NCBI GenBank assembly: GCA_963713045.1
Contig: CAVQKE010000004.1
Coordinates: forward strand, 192,001-256,000
DNA: 64,000 bases
Reading direction: 5' to 3'
Origin: an uncultured delta proteobacterium
GTDB lineage: Bacteria; Myxococcota; Myxococcia; Myxococcales; Myxococcaceae
Below, one piece after another: positions 1-10,365 of the stretch. A program made the translations under genes and the position numbers. The number at the start of each line of letters is the position of its first letter. Position 1 is the stretch's first letter. The notes under the pieces are model-generated. The model searched no databases and was not told the DNA's origin. It was given only the letters and a program-made list of their open reading frames with translations.

Positions 1-824
1 TCGAAGCGCTCCTGGTGAGAGAGGACGATGGTGGCCGGCGTGGCCAAAAAGGGGATGGACTGAATCATCTGGTAACCGATGTCCGGGTGCTTGCGCATCT
101 CGCCCCATTCCTCGGTGGTCAGTTTTCCCGGCTTCAGCAGGACGGCGTCTGGAACGCCGATTTTTCCAACGTCGTGCAAAAGCGCCCCCCGGCCCAACTC
201 CTCGAGGTCGGGTCCATGCATCGAGAGGCGCTCGGCGATGGCGGTGGTATATTTCACCACACGCTGGCTGTGGTCCGATGTCTCATGCTCGCGCGCGTCC
301 AGGGCCGCGACGAGTGCCAGCAGAGTGTTTTGGTACGTCTGCGCGATGTCCTTGAAGGCGCTTCGCAGCTCAGCCGTGCGGTCTCGCACTTTCCGCTCAA
401 GCTTCTTCTGGTAGCGCTTGCGGGCCAACTCAATGCGGCGCTTGGCCAGGGCCCGCTCAATGGCGCGGATGAGGTCCGTCAGCTTGGGCGGCTTCAGTAA
501 GTAGTCCACCGCGCCGCGGCGAAGGCAGTCGACCGCGGCCTCGGTGTCACCGTAGCCGGTGAGCATCACCACCGCCGTCTCGGGGTGGCGTTCGCGAAAT
601 GCCTCCAGGAGCCAAATCCCGTCTCGGCCCGGCATCTTCATGTCGCTGATGACGAGTGGCGGAGCCTCCTGGGCTGCGATGTCCAGTGCCTCCTCTGCGC
701 CGGCTGCGGTGCGACACTCATAGCCTTCTTCCTGAAGTAGGACGCTGATGACGTCCCGAACCGAAGCGTCATCATCCACAATCAGGATGCGCGTCGGCGC
801 TGCGAGGGTCTCCACGAAAGCCAT
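1..824 (-). CDS. Response regulator with HD-GYP (c-di-GMP phosphodiesterase-type) output domain; runs off the left edge
   Basis: Manual reverse translation (not in the ORF track): MAFVETLAAPTRILIVDDD...ISDMKMPGRDG...MLTG...DYLLKP receiver, then DAREHETSDHSQRV...LLHDVGKIGVPDAVLLKPGKL...HPDIG...SHQERFD. Confidence 0.9.
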   Translation of the reverse strand, partial: MAFVETLAAPTRILIVDDDASVRDVISVLLQEEGYECRTAAGAEEALDIAAQEAPPLVISDMKMPGRDGIWLLEAFRERHPETAVVMLTGYGDTEAAVDCLRRGAVDYLLKPPKLTDLIRAIERALAKRRIELARKRYQKKLERKVRDRTAELRSAFKDIAQTYQNTLLALVAALDAREHETSDHSQRVVKYTTAIAERLSMHGPDLEELGRGALLHDVGKIGVPDAVLLKPGKLTTEEWGEMRKHPDIGYQMIQSIPFLATPATIVLSHQERF

Positions 825-903
825 CCTAGGGGGGCTCCTCGGCCTTGACCACGGGGGGCGGGTGTGCCCCTGGGGTCGAGTCGACTCCAGAGAAGGGGAC
901 CTT

Positions 904-2004
904 TCAAGTAATTCCCGGCCGGTCCCAACGGAATGGCTCGAGGGACAGCGACGGTGCCTGCGCCAGGACGGCTTGGGCGAGAAGCTCGGCGGTGACTGGG
1001 GCCAGAAGGATGCCATTGCGGAAATGTCCGCTGGCGAGGAACAGACCGGGAAGGGGGCCAGCCCCCAAAATGGGCAGGTGGTCCTCGGTGAAGGGGCGAA
1101 GGCCAGCCCACACCTCCACCACTGGGAGGTTGGCCAGCCCGGGGGCCAGTTCCAGCGCCAGGGCGAGAATGTGCTTGAGGCCAGCCACGGTGACCTCTTT
1201 GGCGAAGCCTTCAAATTCCAGGGTGCTTCCAGCCAACAGGTGGCCGTCGTCGCGGGGCACCAGGTAGCCCTGGTCCGAGAAGACGACCCGCTGGAAGAGT
1301 GGCAAGCGCGAACGCAACATCACCATCTGCCCGCGCGCCGGGCGCACCTGACGAGGCGACACCCCGCAGCCGGGGACCAGTCCCGTCCACGCTCCGGCCG
1401 CCACCACCACGGCGTCCGCTTCCAGCCGCGCCCCGTCCACATCCACGCCACCAACGCGGCCGGCCAGCTCCAGCAGCGCACGCACGTGTCCGGCGACGAA
1501 ACGGACGCCGGCGCGCGCGGCGGCCATGGACACGGCGCGGACCAAGAGGCGGTTGTCAACCGAAGCGTCTTCGGGGAAGTGGGCTGCGCCCTGGAAGGCT
1601 GGATTTAACGCCGGCTCGAGGCCAAGTACCGCGCGCCCGTCGAGGAGTTCCGCGTTGAGGCCAATGCTTCGCTGAAGGGCGACACGCACTCGCAGTCGTT
1701 CGAGCGAAGCCTCGCCAAAGGCGAGGTGCAGCACACCTGAGGCCCGAAAGCCCACCCCAATGCCGGAGAGCGCCACCACCTCTTCGACGAAGCCCGGGTA
1801 GAGCGCGCGGCTTCTTAAGCACAGCGACAGGAAGGGCCCGGGTCCTTCCGACTCGGCCTGGGGTGCGAGGATGCCGGCTGCGGCGCTGGACGCCTCGGCC
1901 CCAGGAACGCTGCGCTCCACCACAGTGACGTCGGCGCCAGCTTTCACCAGCCGGAGTGCCACCGCGCATCCCACCAACCCGCCCCCGACGATGACCACCT
2001 TCAT
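904..2004 (-). CDS. thiO: FAD-dependent glycine oxidase ThiO / D-amino acid oxidase family
   Basis: MKVVIVGGGLVG Rossmann motif, ASSAAAGIL, WAGLRP, GHFRNGILLAP; the ATG at 2004 overlaps the upstream TAA. Confidence 0.8.
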   Translation of the reverse strand: MKVVIVGGGLVGCAVALRLVKAGADVTVVERSVPGAEASSAAAGILAPQAESEGPGPFLSLCLRSRALYPGFVEEVVALSGIGVGFRASGVLHLAFGEASLERLRVRVALQRSIGLNAELLDGRAVLGLEPALNPAFQGAAHFPEDASVDNRLLVRAVSMAAARAGVRFVAGHVRALLELAGRVGGVDVDGARLEADAVVVAAGAWTGLVPGCGVSPRQVRPARGQMVMLRSRLPLFQRVVFSDQGYLVPRDDGHLLAGSTLEFEGFAKEVTVAGLKHILALALELAPGLANLPVVEVWAGLRPFTEDHLPILGAGPLPGLFLASGHFRNGILLAPVTAELLAQAVLAQAPSLSLEPFRWDRPGIT

Positions 2005-2192
2005 TAGGGGCTCGCGGTGGACTTCAACTTGACTTCCGGGGTCACGACGCGAGCGCGCGTCGGCACCTGCCGGTGGGTGCGCCAAAAGAAATGGAGCGTC
2101 GCAGCGAGCGCCAGCACCATCAGGACCAGCGTCCGCGTAGGGAAACGCGGTGGTGGGGAGACGGTCGGGGGCCTGACGTGCAGTGACTGCAT
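2004..2192 (-). CDS. Small single-TM hypothetical protein, translationally coupled to thiO
   Basis: 62 aa ORF with a hydrophobic helix (TLVLMVLALAATLHFFW); TAATG stop/start overlap. Confidence 0.5.
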   Translation of the reverse strand: MQSLHVRPPTVSPPPRFPTRTLVLMVLALAATLHFFWRTHRQVPTRARVVTPEVKLKSTASP

Positions 2193-2286
2193 GGTGGGCT
2201 TGCTAGAGCTGAACCTTGATGTCTCCGCGAGGCGGGGTTATCCCCCCGGCGCCCCTCTTCGGTGAATGGGGGCGGAGGAGTCAACC

Positions 2287-3687
2287 TTGGCTGAGACTTT
2301 CGACGTGGTCATCATCGGCGCAGGCCCAGGCGGTTACGTCGCCGCTGTCCGCGCCGGCCAGCTTGGCCTCAAGACGGCCATCATCGAGAAGGACAAGCGG
2401 CTCGGCGGAACGTGCCTCCTCCGCGGCTGCATCCCCACCAAGTCGCTGCTCTGGACCGCTGAACTGTGGTCCCATGTGCTGCAGGCAGCGGACTTCGGCA
2501 TCGACCTGAAGAGCCCGGCCATCAACTGGGCCCAGGCCATGAAACACAAGGCCGAGGTGGTCACCAAAGGGGCCAACGGCGTCGACTACCTCATGAAGAA
2601 GAACAAGGTCCAAGTCTTCAAAGGCACCGGCCGCATCTCCGGCAAGGGGAAAGTGGAAGTCGCCCTGGCGACTGGAGAGAAACAAACCCTCGACGCCAAG
2701 AAGACCATCATCGCCTCGGGCAGCATCTGTAAGACGCTGCCCAGCATCCCGGTCGACCACAAGTTGGTCTACAACTCCGACTCCATTCTCGAGCTCGAAA
2801 AGGTCCCCGAAAGCATCATCGTCGTCGGGGCCGGCGCAGTGGGCTGTGAGTTTGCCTCCATCTTCGCGCACGTCGGCTCCAAAGCCACTGTCCTTGAATT
2901 TCTCCCGCACCTGTTGCCCATCGAGGACGAGGACATCAGCAAGGAGCTCGAGAAGCAGTTCCGGAAGCGAAAAATCGACTTCGAACTCTCGGCGCGGGTG
3001 GACAAGGTGGAGCCCGGCGGCAAAGGGGTGCGGGTGACCATGCAGACGCCCGCTGGGGTGAAGACGCTGGAGTCGGCCATCCTTCTTTCTGCCGTCGGAC
3101 GCTCCCCATTCACCGACGGGCTGGGCCTCGAGAACACCAACATCAAGCTGGACAAGGGCTTCATTCCCACCGACGGGCTGATGCGGACCACCGAGCCCGG
3201 CGTCTACGCCATCGGCGACGTCGTTCCGACGCCGATGCTGGCGCACGTCGCGTTTGCCGAGGGCATCCTGGCGGTCGAGGACTTGGCCGGTCAGGACGTG
3301 ACGCCCATCAACTATGACCTCACCCCCAACGCCACCTATTGCTACCCCGAGGTGGCGAGCGTCGGCCTGACCGAGAAGAAGGCGCGCGAGCGGGGCTACG
3401 ACGTCAAGACGGGCATCTTTCCCTTTACGGCCATCATCAAGGCCACCATGTCCGACGAGCAGGGCCTCGGGTTTTGCAAGGTGGTCTCAGAGAAGAAGTA
3501 CGACGAGGTGCTGGGCGTGCACTTGGTCGGGCCGCACGCCACCGAGCTGTTGGCCGAAGCCTGCATCGCGCTCCGGCTGGAGACCACCACCGAGGAGCTC
3601 GGCCGCACCATGCACGCCCACCCGACACTGTCGGAGATTCTGAAGGAGTCGGCGGAGATGACTCTGGGGCACCCCATCCACATTTAG
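2287..3687 (+). CDS. lpdA: Dihydrolipoamide dehydrogenase (E3)
   Basis: GAGPGGYVAA, GGTCLLRGCIP redox disulfide, HAHPTLSE; TTG start after GGAGGAG. Confidence 0.95.
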   Translation: MAETFDVVIIGAGPGGYVAAVRAGQLGLKTAIIEKDKRLGGTCLLRGCIPTKSLLWTAELWSHVLQAADFGIDLKSPAINWAQAMKHKAEVVTKGANGVDYLMKKNKVQVFKGTGRISGKGKVEVALATGEKQTLDAKKTIIASGSICKTLPSIPVDHKLVYNSDSILELEKVPESIIVVGAGAVGCEFASIFAHVGSKATVLEFLPHLLPIEDEDISKELEKQFRKRKIDFELSARVDKVEPGGKGVRVTMQTPAGVKTLESAILLSAVGRSPFTDGLGLENTNIKLDKGFIPTDGLMRTTEPGVYAIGDVVPTPMLAHVAFAEGILAVEDLAGQDVTPINYDLTPNATYCYPEVASVGLTEKKARERGYDVKTGIFPFTAIIKATMSDEQGLGFCKVVSEKKYDEVLGVHLVGPHATELLAEACIALRLETTTEELGRTMHAHPTLSEILKESAEMTLGHPIHI

Positions 3688-3775
3688 CCCTGGGCACCCC
3701 CGCCCCGAGCCCGACGCTTTTGCATCGTTTCATGCTCGCGGTGGGGAGTGACGTTACACTCTCGCCCGACGCCCC

Positions 3776-4693
3776 ATGGCCACACCCGACCGCTTCCCGT
3801 TGCCGCAAGCCGCCCCAGGCCAGAAGCCCGACTGGCTGAAGGTGCGGCTCCCGCACGGCGAAGGCTACGAGCGGGTGAAGGCAATCGTCCGCCAGACAAA
3901 GCTTGCCACCGTGTGCGAGGAGGCCCGCTGTCCAAACATCGCCGAGTGCTGGGGTGGTGGCACGGCCACCGTGATGCTGATGGGGGAGGTCTGCACCCGG
4001 GCGTGCCGTTTCTGCCACGTGAAGGTGGGAGCTCCGTTGCCCCTGGACCCAGACGAGCCCCAGCACCTGGCCCGGGCCGTAAAGGAGCTGAGCCTCGCCT
4101 ACATCGTGGTGACGTCGGTCAACCGCGACGACCGACCCGATGGCGGGGCCGGGCATTTCGCTGCAGCCATCCGCGCCCTGCGTCACGAGAGCCCAACGAC
4201 CACGGTGGAGGTCCTGATTCCGGACTTCCAAGGCGTGGAGTGTGACTTGGCCACGGTGGCGGAGGCGCGTCCACATGTGGTGGCGCACAACATCGAGACC
4301 GTCGAGCGGCTGACGCCCACCGTGCGGGACCGCCGGGCTGGCTACCGGCAGTCGCTGCGGGTGCTGGAATACCTCAAGGGCCGCCCGGAAAAGCTGTACA
4401 CCAAGACTTCGGTGATGCTCGGCCTCGGAGAGACGGACGCCGAGCTAGAGCAGACCTTCCGCGACCTGCGTGACGTGGGGGTGGACGTCCTCACCCTCGG
4501 TCAGTACCTGCAGCCCTCCCAGTACCACCTGCGGGTCGCCCGCTTCGTCTCCCCGGCACAATTCGCCGTCTACCGTGAGGCCGCTGCGGAGATGGGCTTT
4601 CTCTACGTCGCGGCAGGTCCGCTGGTACGCTCCAGCTACCGCGCGGCCGAGTTCTTTCTGCAAGGGCTGATGGAGCAGGGACGCCACGCCTGA
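3776..4693 (+). CDS. lipA: Lipoyl synthase
   Basis: [30 protein letters not shown] motifs. Confidence 0.97.
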   Translation: MATPDRFPLPQAAPGQKPDWLKVRLPHGEGYERVKAIVRQTKLATVCEEARCPNIAECWGGGTATVMLMGEVCTRACRFCHVKVGAPLPLDPDEPQHLARAVKELSLAYIVVTSVNRDDRPDGGAGHFAAAIRALRHESPTTTVEVLIPDFQGVECDLATVAEARPHVVAHNIETVERLTPTVRDRRAGYRQSLRVLEYLKGRPEKLYTKTSVMLGLGETDAELEQTFRDLRDVGVDVLTLGQYLQPSQYHLRVARFVSPAQFAVYREAAAEMGFLYVAAGPLVRSSYRAAEFFLQGLMEQGRHA

Positions 4694-4724
4694 CGCTCAC
4701 CCGCAGAACCCCTAGGGAGCCGCC

Positions 4725-5957
4725 TTGCCCACCTTCGAGTTCAAGCTTCCGGACCTCGGCGAGGGCGTCGTCGAGGGAGAAATTGTCCAATGGCTGGTGT
4801 CGCCCGGAGACGTCGTCGCCGAGGACCAGGCCCTGGTGGAATTGATGACGGACAAGGCCACCGTCACGGTGCCGACGCCACGCGCCGGCAAGGTGCTGGG
4901 GGTCCACGGCAAGGTGGGCGAGATGGCCAAGGTGCACGCCCCACTGGTCACGCTGGAAGTCGACTCCGGCGGCCCCTCGACTGCCGTCGCGCCGTCCACG
5001 CCGCTGCCGGTGGGCATCAAGGTAGCCGCCGCCTCCGTTTCGGAAGCGCGCGAGGTTTCCAAGGTGCTGGCGACGCCGGTGACGCGTCGGATGGCGCGAG
5101 AGCACGGCATTGACCTCGGCGCCATTCCCGGCAGTGGACCGCAGGGTCGAGTCCTCAAGGCGGATCTCGTGGCCGTGCTGGGCAACGGCGCGGAATCGGC
5201 GCCGGCCCCGCGAGAAGTCCCTCGGCTGGTGCCCCTGCAGCATGCCAGCGTCGACCAGCGCATCCCCCTTCGGGGTCTCCGGAAGCGAATTGCGGAGAAA
5301 ATTGTGCGCAGCAAATTCACCGCTCCGCATGCCACCTTCGTGGAAGAGGCGGACTTCACCGAGCTGCTGAGGCTGCGGAAGCGTCTCAACGAGTCGCTGG
5401 CGGCCGCCGGGGATGAGACGCGGCTTTCGTTCCTGCCCTTCTTCTGTAAGGCGCTGCTGCCAGTCATGGCCCGTTTTCCCACCCTCAATGCCAACTTCGA
5501 CGACGCCACCCAGGAGCTGGTGCTGCGCGCCGCTTACAACTTCGGCATCGCTGCCGCCACCGACGACGGGCTCATCGTGCCCGTGGTGAAGGACGTCGCC
5601 CGGCTCACCTTGCGTCAGCTGGCCGCGGAAATTGCTCGACTGGCCGCGGCCGCGCGGACCAAGCAGTTGAAAATGGAGGAGCTCTCCGGCGGCACCTTCA
5701 CCATCAGTTCGCTCGGCACTTCCGGCGGCCTGTTCGCCACACCCATCATCAATTACCCGGAGGTGGCCATCCTCGGCATCCACCGGATTCGGCGGCGGCC
5801 GGTGGTGGTGGAGGAGCAAATGGTGATTCGGGACGTGGGCAACGTCTCGCTCTCCTTCGACCACCGAGTCATTGACGGGCAGGTCGCCGCCGACGCCACC
5901 TACGCACTGATTCACCACCTCGAACGGCCGGAGACGCTGTTCCTCGACATGGCCTGA
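4725..5957 (+). CDS. 2-oxoacid dehydrogenase dihydrolipoamide acyltransferase (E2)
   Basis: Lipoyl domain (LPDLGEG...TDKA), E3-binding domain (GSGPQGRVLKAD), catalytic DHRVIDG. Confidence 0.93.
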   Translation: MPTFEFKLPDLGEGVVEGEIVQWLVSPGDVVAEDQALVELMTDKATVTVPTPRAGKVLGVHGKVGEMAKVHAPLVTLEVDSGGPSTAVAPSTPLPVGIKVAAASVSEAREVSKVLATPVTRRMAREHGIDLGAIPGSGPQGRVLKADLVAVLGNGAESAPAPREVPRLVPLQHASVDQRIPLRGLRKRIAEKIVRSKFTAPHATFVEEADFTELLRLRKRLNESLAAAGDETRLSFLPFFCKALLPVMARFPTLNANFDDATQELVLRAAYNFGIAAATDDGLIVPVVKDVARLTLRQLAAEIARLAAAARTKQLKMEELSGGTFTISSLGTSGGLFATPIINYPEVAILGIHRIRRRPVVVEEQMVIRDVGNVSLSFDHRVIDGQVAADATYALIHHLERPETLFLDMA

Positions 5958-5965
5958 GACATGCC

Positions 5966-6337
5966 GTGGCCGACGACGTCCGCCAGCTGTTGATGTCTGC
6001 CCAAGCCGCCGAGCGCACCGGGGACCTTCGGTTAGCCCAGGAATTGCTCGAACAAGCGGCGCGCGCATGCCAGGCGGGCGGCCGAGCCGCGCGAGCCGAG
6101 CAGCTCCTGCGGCACGCTCGACGGTTGGCTGAGACTCTGCCCGGGGATGGAACCAGGCCCTTCCTCGAGCGGGTCGCGGTGCTTGCCGAGGCGAGCCAAT
6201 CCGCTTGGTGTAGCTTTTGTTGTCGCCCCTCCACCGAAGTGGGGCGCCTGGTGGCAGGGCCGGCTGGGGCCTTCATCTGCCGTGGCTGCGTGGAGCGCGC
6301 CGTGGCGCTTCTGCAGCCGGTGACTCGGGACGGATGA
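5966..6337 (+). CDS. Small protein with a C-terminal ClpX-type C4 zinc finger
   Basis: WCSFCCRP...RLVAGPAGAFICRGCV matches the zf-C4_ClpX pattern; TGA overlaps the lipB ATG. Confidence 0.75.
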   Translation: MADDVRQLLMSAQAAERTGDLRLAQELLEQAARACQAGGRAARAEQLLRHARRLAETLPGDGTRPFLERVAVLAEASQSAWCSFCCRPSTEVGRLVAGPAGAFICRGCVERAVALLQPVTRDG

Positions 6338-7434
6338 GTTCGCGTTCTCTTCGGGTGCTGCGGCTCGGGCGCGTGGAATATCCGGACGGGCTGGTGCTGC
6401 AGGAGCAGCTGGCGCGGGCGCGTCGGGCCGGGACGGTGGGCGACACACTCCTGTTGCTCGAGCATCCACCCACCGTCACGCTGGGCCGCGGGGCCAAGCC
6501 CTCCAACGTCCTGGCTTCCACCGAGGAGCTAAGCCAGCGCGGGGTAGCCGTCCACGCGACCGACCGCGGAGGGGACGTCACCTACCATGGGCCCGGGCAG
6601 CTGGTGGGCTACCCGGTGCTCGACTTGGCCGGGCCGCGGGCCGACGTCCGCGCCTACGTCCGAAGTGTCGAAGCAGGCCTCATCCACGGCCTGGCCGGCT
6701 TCGGGCTGTCCACCGGACGGCTGCCGCGCTGGCCCGGGGTTTGGCTTGGCGAAGAGGGCAAGGACGCCCGCAAAATCGCCGCCATCGGCGTGCACATCGC
6801 GCGGTGGGTCACCACCCACGGGTTTGCCCTCAATGTGAACCCCGCGATGGAGGACTTTTCCTTAATTCTCCCCTGCGGCATCGCCGAGGCTGGGGTGACG
6901 TCCATGGAGCGTGAGCTGGGGCGGGCCCCGGGCTGGGAAGCGGTGGAGGGGGCCCTGGCCCGGGCCTATGGGGACGTCTGGGAATGCGAGGTGGAGGAAG
7001 GCCAGCCGGACGTGGACACCGTCTCCGTCACCGTGACGCGGGAAGGGCGCGCCGGGATGGAAGTGCTGCTCCTGTTGCGGACCACCGAGAAGGGCGGCTT
7101 TTGGCAGCCCGTCACCGGACGGCGAGAGGCCCGCGAGACGGCGGAGGCCGCCGCGGAGCGCGAGTTGGCCGAAGAAACGGGGCACGCCCTCCGCGTCCGT
7201 CCGCTGCACTACCGGCACGCTTTCGCACTGGGCGAAGCGAGCCCCCCGGTGGTGGCCCGCGAGGAGGCCTTCGCAGCCGTTTGGGAAGGTGACGCGCCGG
7301 TGCGACTCGGCCCCGAGCACCAGGCGTTTGCCTGGCTTTCGGTGCCCGAGGCACTGAAACGGTTGCCCTACCTCGGGTTGCGGCGAGCTGTGGAACGGGC
7401 GACCACCCACGGCCAGTCGCCGGTCTGGCGGTAA
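6334..7434 (+). CDS. lipB: Octanoyltransferase LipB fused to a C-terminal Nudix hydrolase (NudB-like)
   Basis: LLLEHPP, RGGDVTYHGPGQLVGYP, KIAAIG, HGFALN, PCG; then GFWQPVTG...AAERELAEETG Nudix box. Confidence 0.92.
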   Translation: MSSRSLRVLRLGRVEYPDGLVLQEQLARARRAGTVGDTLLLLEHPPTVTLGRGAKPSNVLASTEELSQRGVAVHATDRGGDVTYHGPGQLVGYPVLDLAGPRADVRAYVRSVEAGLIHGLAGFGLSTGRLPRWPGVWLGEEGKDARKIAAIGVHIARWVTTHGFALNVNPAMEDFSLILPCGIAEAGVTSMERELGRAPGWEAVEGALARAYGDVWECEVEEGQPDVDTVSVTVTREGRAGMEVLLLLRTTEKGGFWQPVTGRREARETAEAAAERELAEETGHALRVRPLHYRHAFALGEASPPVVAREEAFAAVWEGDAPVRLGPEHQAFAWLSVPEALKRLPYLGLRRAVERATTHGQSPVWR

Positions 7435-7446
7435 GCCACCGCGAGG

Positions 7447-8400
7447 CTATCCTGCACCCCGCGCGGCGGGCAGGTGCGTCGCGCGCAGACTGGAGCCCCG
7501 CGCCTCCTGGTCCAACTTCAACGTCAGGCCTTCACGTGCCGCGAGCGTTCCAGGGAAGAGACGGCGCGCCTTGCGCTCGACGGCCCGAAGGGCGCCATCA
7601 TCGCGCTCCGGGTCGTGGTGAAAGAGGACCAGCTTCTTGGCATGGGCCGCCCTGGCTGCCTCCACCGCCGCAGTCCAGCTGCTGTGGCCCCAGCCAAGCT
7701 TTCCGGGTGGGCCGACGTACTCCTCGGGCGTGTACATCGCGTCGTAGATGAGGACGTCCGTGTCGCGGGCAAAGTTGGATAATTGCCCATCGACCGCGCT
7801 TCCATGCTCGATGTCGGTGGCGTACACCACGCTTCGCCCCTGGAAGTCGACGCGGTAGCCAAGCGCGCCGCCGGGGTGGTGCAACTCCAGGGCCCGCACC
7901 TGGGCCTCGCCGAGCTGGACGACGTCCCCGGCGGCGATTGGCCGGTACTCCACCTGTGCGAGGAAGACTGCCTCCGCCGTGACTGGGAAATAGGGCGGAG
8001 ACATTTGGCCCGCCAAAATGGACTGGACATCGCGCTGCGCACGCGTCGGCCCGCGGATAACGAAGCGGTTCCGCGCGTCGAACATCGGCGAGAAGAAGGG
8101 CAGACCCTGCAGGTGGTCGTAGTGGTAGTGCGACAGGAAAAGGTCCGCGCTGGCAGGCGCCGCGCGCGTCCGGAGGGCCTCGCCCAGAGCACGGGCGCCA
8201 GAGCCAAGGTCAAAGATGAGCAGTCGCTCGGCGCAACGCACCTCGACGCACGAGGTATTCCCTCCGTAGACGCGCGTGCGAGGTCCTGGGCTGGGGATGG
8301 AGCCCCGAACTCCCCAGAAGGTGACGTGAAACAGCGACCGAGGCGACCCCGGGGCGCTAGCTTGCCCTCGCCGACTGGTCGTCCTCCCCGAAGAGCTCAA
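7447..8400 (-). CDS. MBL-fold metallo-hydrolase (start uncertain, overlaps the ribA end)
   Basis: FWGVRGS, GGNTSC, SHYHYDHLQG, HPG, GHS, LFHHDP. Confidence 0.88.
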   Translation of the reverse strand: MSSSGRTTSRRGQASAPGSPRSLFHVTFWGVRGSIPSPGPRTRVYGGNTSCVEVRCAERLLIFDLGSGARALGEALRTRAAPASADLFLSHYHYDHLQGLPFFSPMFDARNRFVIRGPTRAQRDVQSILAGQMSPPYFPVTAEAVFLAQVEYRPIAAGDVVQLGEAQVRALELHHPGGALGYRVDFQGRSVVYATDIEHGSAVDGQLSNFARDTDVLIYDAMYTPEEYVGPPGKLGWGHSSWTAAVEAARAAHAKKLVLFHHDPERDDGALRAVERKARRLFPGTLAAREGLTLKLDQEARGSSLRATHLPAARGAG

Positions 8401-9016
8401 TCAGGTGCCCCGTGCGCTCGCGCTTGGTCCGCAGGTAGTCCACGTTATGCGGATTGTGCGACGCCGGGGAAGGGATGCGGCTGCGGACCGGGACGCCTTC
8501 CTCCACCAGCCCGGCAATTTTCAGCGGGTTGTTGGTGATGAGGTCCACACTGCGCACGCCGAGCAGCCGCAGCATGTCGGCAGCGACGTCATAGCTGCGC
8601 ATGTCATCCGGGAAGCCAAGCCGCCGATTGGCCTCGTAGGTATCCAAGCCCTTGGCCTGCAGCGCATAGGCTTTCACCTTGTTGCCAAGTCCAATCCCGC
8701 GGCCCTCCTGGCGCAGGTAGAGCACCACGCCGCGGCCCCGGGCTGCGACGTAGTCCAGTGCTCGGTCGAGCTGTTGGCGACAATCGCACTTGAGGCTTCC
8801 CAGCACCTCGCTGGTCAAGCACTCCGAATGCACCCGAACCGGGACGCCCTCTTGTCCGAAGACTTCCCCCATCACCATGGCCACGTGCTCGCGCGCCGAG
8901 CCCTTCTCCCGGAAAACGACAATTCGAAACGTCCCCCGCGCCGTGGGCAACGGAGCTTCGCTGTACAGCTCCAGCCGGTGGGTCCGTCGGGGAAGCGACT
9001 GTGGCGTCTCGAGCAT
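8357..9016 (-). CDS. ribA: GTP cyclohydrolase II
   Basis: VRVHSECLT...CDCRQQL, QEGRGIGL, TNNP.K. Confidence 0.95.
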   Translation of the reverse strand: MLETPQSLPRRTHRLELYSEAPLPTARGTFRIVVFREKGSAREHVAMVMGEVFGQEGVPVRVHSECLTSEVLGSLKCDCRQQLDRALDYVAARGRGVVLYLRQEGRGIGLGNKVKAYALQAKGLDTYEANRRLGFPDDMRSYDVAADMLRLLGVRSVDLITNNPLKIAGLVEEGVPVRSRIPSPASHNPHNVDYLRTKRERTGHLIELFGEDDQSARAS

Positions 9017-9039
9017 AAGCCCCTTTAAAGATGCGCCTT

Positions 9040-10278
9040 CTAGGCCGCCGTTGCGGCCGGACCCCAGGAAACAGCGAGGAGCTGCACTGGGTCTCCCAGA
9101 CCCAAGCTAATGGCCTCCATGGGAAAGTGCAGAAGGTGCGTGGCGGTGGAAGCGGACCGCACCGCGCCGGACGTCTGGCTGCTGAGAGGCTCGGCCCACA
9201 GCTCTCCGTCCCGGAAGGTTGCCCGCACCCGGAGGTAGTGTGCAAGCCCGGCACGTTTCCGCAGCGCCACCGCCGTCCGCGCGAGCACCGGCTGTGGCAG
9301 CACGTCCAGGTGTCCGAGAAGCCGGCGAAGTGCCGGCCGCACAAACAGTTCGAACGCCACCAGCGACGAGGTGGGATTGCCGGGGAGCCCGAAGACGAGG
9401 GTGCGCTCCCGACGGGCAAAGGCCACCGGCTTTCCGGGCTTGATGGCGATGCCCCAGAAGTCGCTGACGACGCCCAGCTGCTCGAAGGCGCTGCGCACGA
9501 AGTCCTTTTCGCCCACCGACATGCCGGCGCTGGTGAGGACGACGTCGGCGTCGAGGGCCTGCGCGAGGAGTCGCTTGACGTCCTCGACGTTGTCGCGGGC
9601 GATGCCCAAAAGCTCTGCAACGCCGCCGATGCGGCCGACCGCGAGGCCCAGCGAGGGGGAGTTGGTGTCCACAATGTGCCCCGGCAGAAGGGTGTCGGGC
9701 CGGCACAACTCATCTCCGGTGGCGAGGATGGCCACCCGCGGGCGGCGCGGCACCGAAACTCCGGTGAGGCACTGTCCCCACAGCAGTGCCGCCTCTGGGA
9801 TGCCGAGGCCGGTGCCCCGGGGCAACAACAACTCCCCGGCTTTCGCGTCCTCACCCGCCAGGCGCACGTTGGTGCCGGCCACCACCGCGTCCAGCACTTC
9901 CACGCCGCCGAGGCCCGGCCCTTCGAAAGCGCGCGCCCGCTCCTGCATGACGACGGCTGTGGCGCCCTGGGGCAACGGCGCGCCAGTCATGATGCGGGCC
10001 GCCTCGCCTCTTCCGAGAGCCCGGGTGGGGCTGTCGCCGGCGTAAATGGCTTCCACCACGCGCAGACGCGCGCCCGGCTGCGCCGCGTCCGCTGCGCGTA
10101 ACGCGTAACCGTCCATTGCAGAATTGTCCCAGGGCGGCTGGGTGACGCGCGCCACCACCTCCTCGGCCAATGCGCGCCCGACAGCGTCCTGCACCGGAGC
10201 CCACTCGGGGCTGAGAGGCTGGCAGGCCGCCAGAATGCGGCCTTGTGCCTCAGCGACTGTCAGTAGGGCCTGGTCCAT
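9040..10278 (-). CDS. moeA: Molybdopterin molybdotransferase
   Basis: SAMDGYA, IMTGAPLP, TGDEL, KPGKP, GLPGNP. Confidence 0.93.
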   Translation of the reverse strand: MDQALLTVAEAQGRILAACQPLSPEWAPVQDAVGRALAEEVVARVTQPPWDNSAMDGYALRAADAAQPGARLRVVEAIYAGDSPTRALGRGEAARIMTGAPLPQGATAVVMQERARAFEGPGLGGVEVLDAVVAGTNVRLAGEDAKAGELLLPRGTGLGIPEAALLWGQCLTGVSVPRRPRVAILATGDELCRPDTLLPGHIVDTNSPSLGLAVGRIGGVAELLGIARDNVEDVKRLLAQALDADVVLTSAGMSVGEKDFVRSAFEQLGVVSDFWGIAIKPGKPVAFARRERTLVFGLPGNPTSSLVAFELFVRPALRRLLGHLDVLPQPVLARTAVALRKRAGLAHYLRVRATFRDGELWAEPLSSQTSGAVRSASTATHLLHFPMEAISLGLGDPVQLLAVSWGPAATAA

Positions 10279-10365
10279 GGCGAGAGACCCACTGTGGCAC
10301 AATTTTTTAGGAATTTGAGGGACTTAGATTGACAACCGGAGGGCCAGGACGTTAGGAGGCCAGCC

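Noticed and set aside
15..500. 161 aa + strand ORF at the window start
   Set aside because: The real gene is the minus-strand HD-GYP regulator, which the track misses because it has no stop inside the window.
2287..5957. Missing E1 genes beside E2/E3
   Set aside because: Split 2-oxoacid dehydrogenase loci are common; E1 is probably elsewhere in the genome.
10296..10360. Sigma54-like TGGCAC and a TTGACA upstream of the 10366 gene
   Set aside because: No TTGC at -12 and no convincing -10 at proper spacing; too weak to call.
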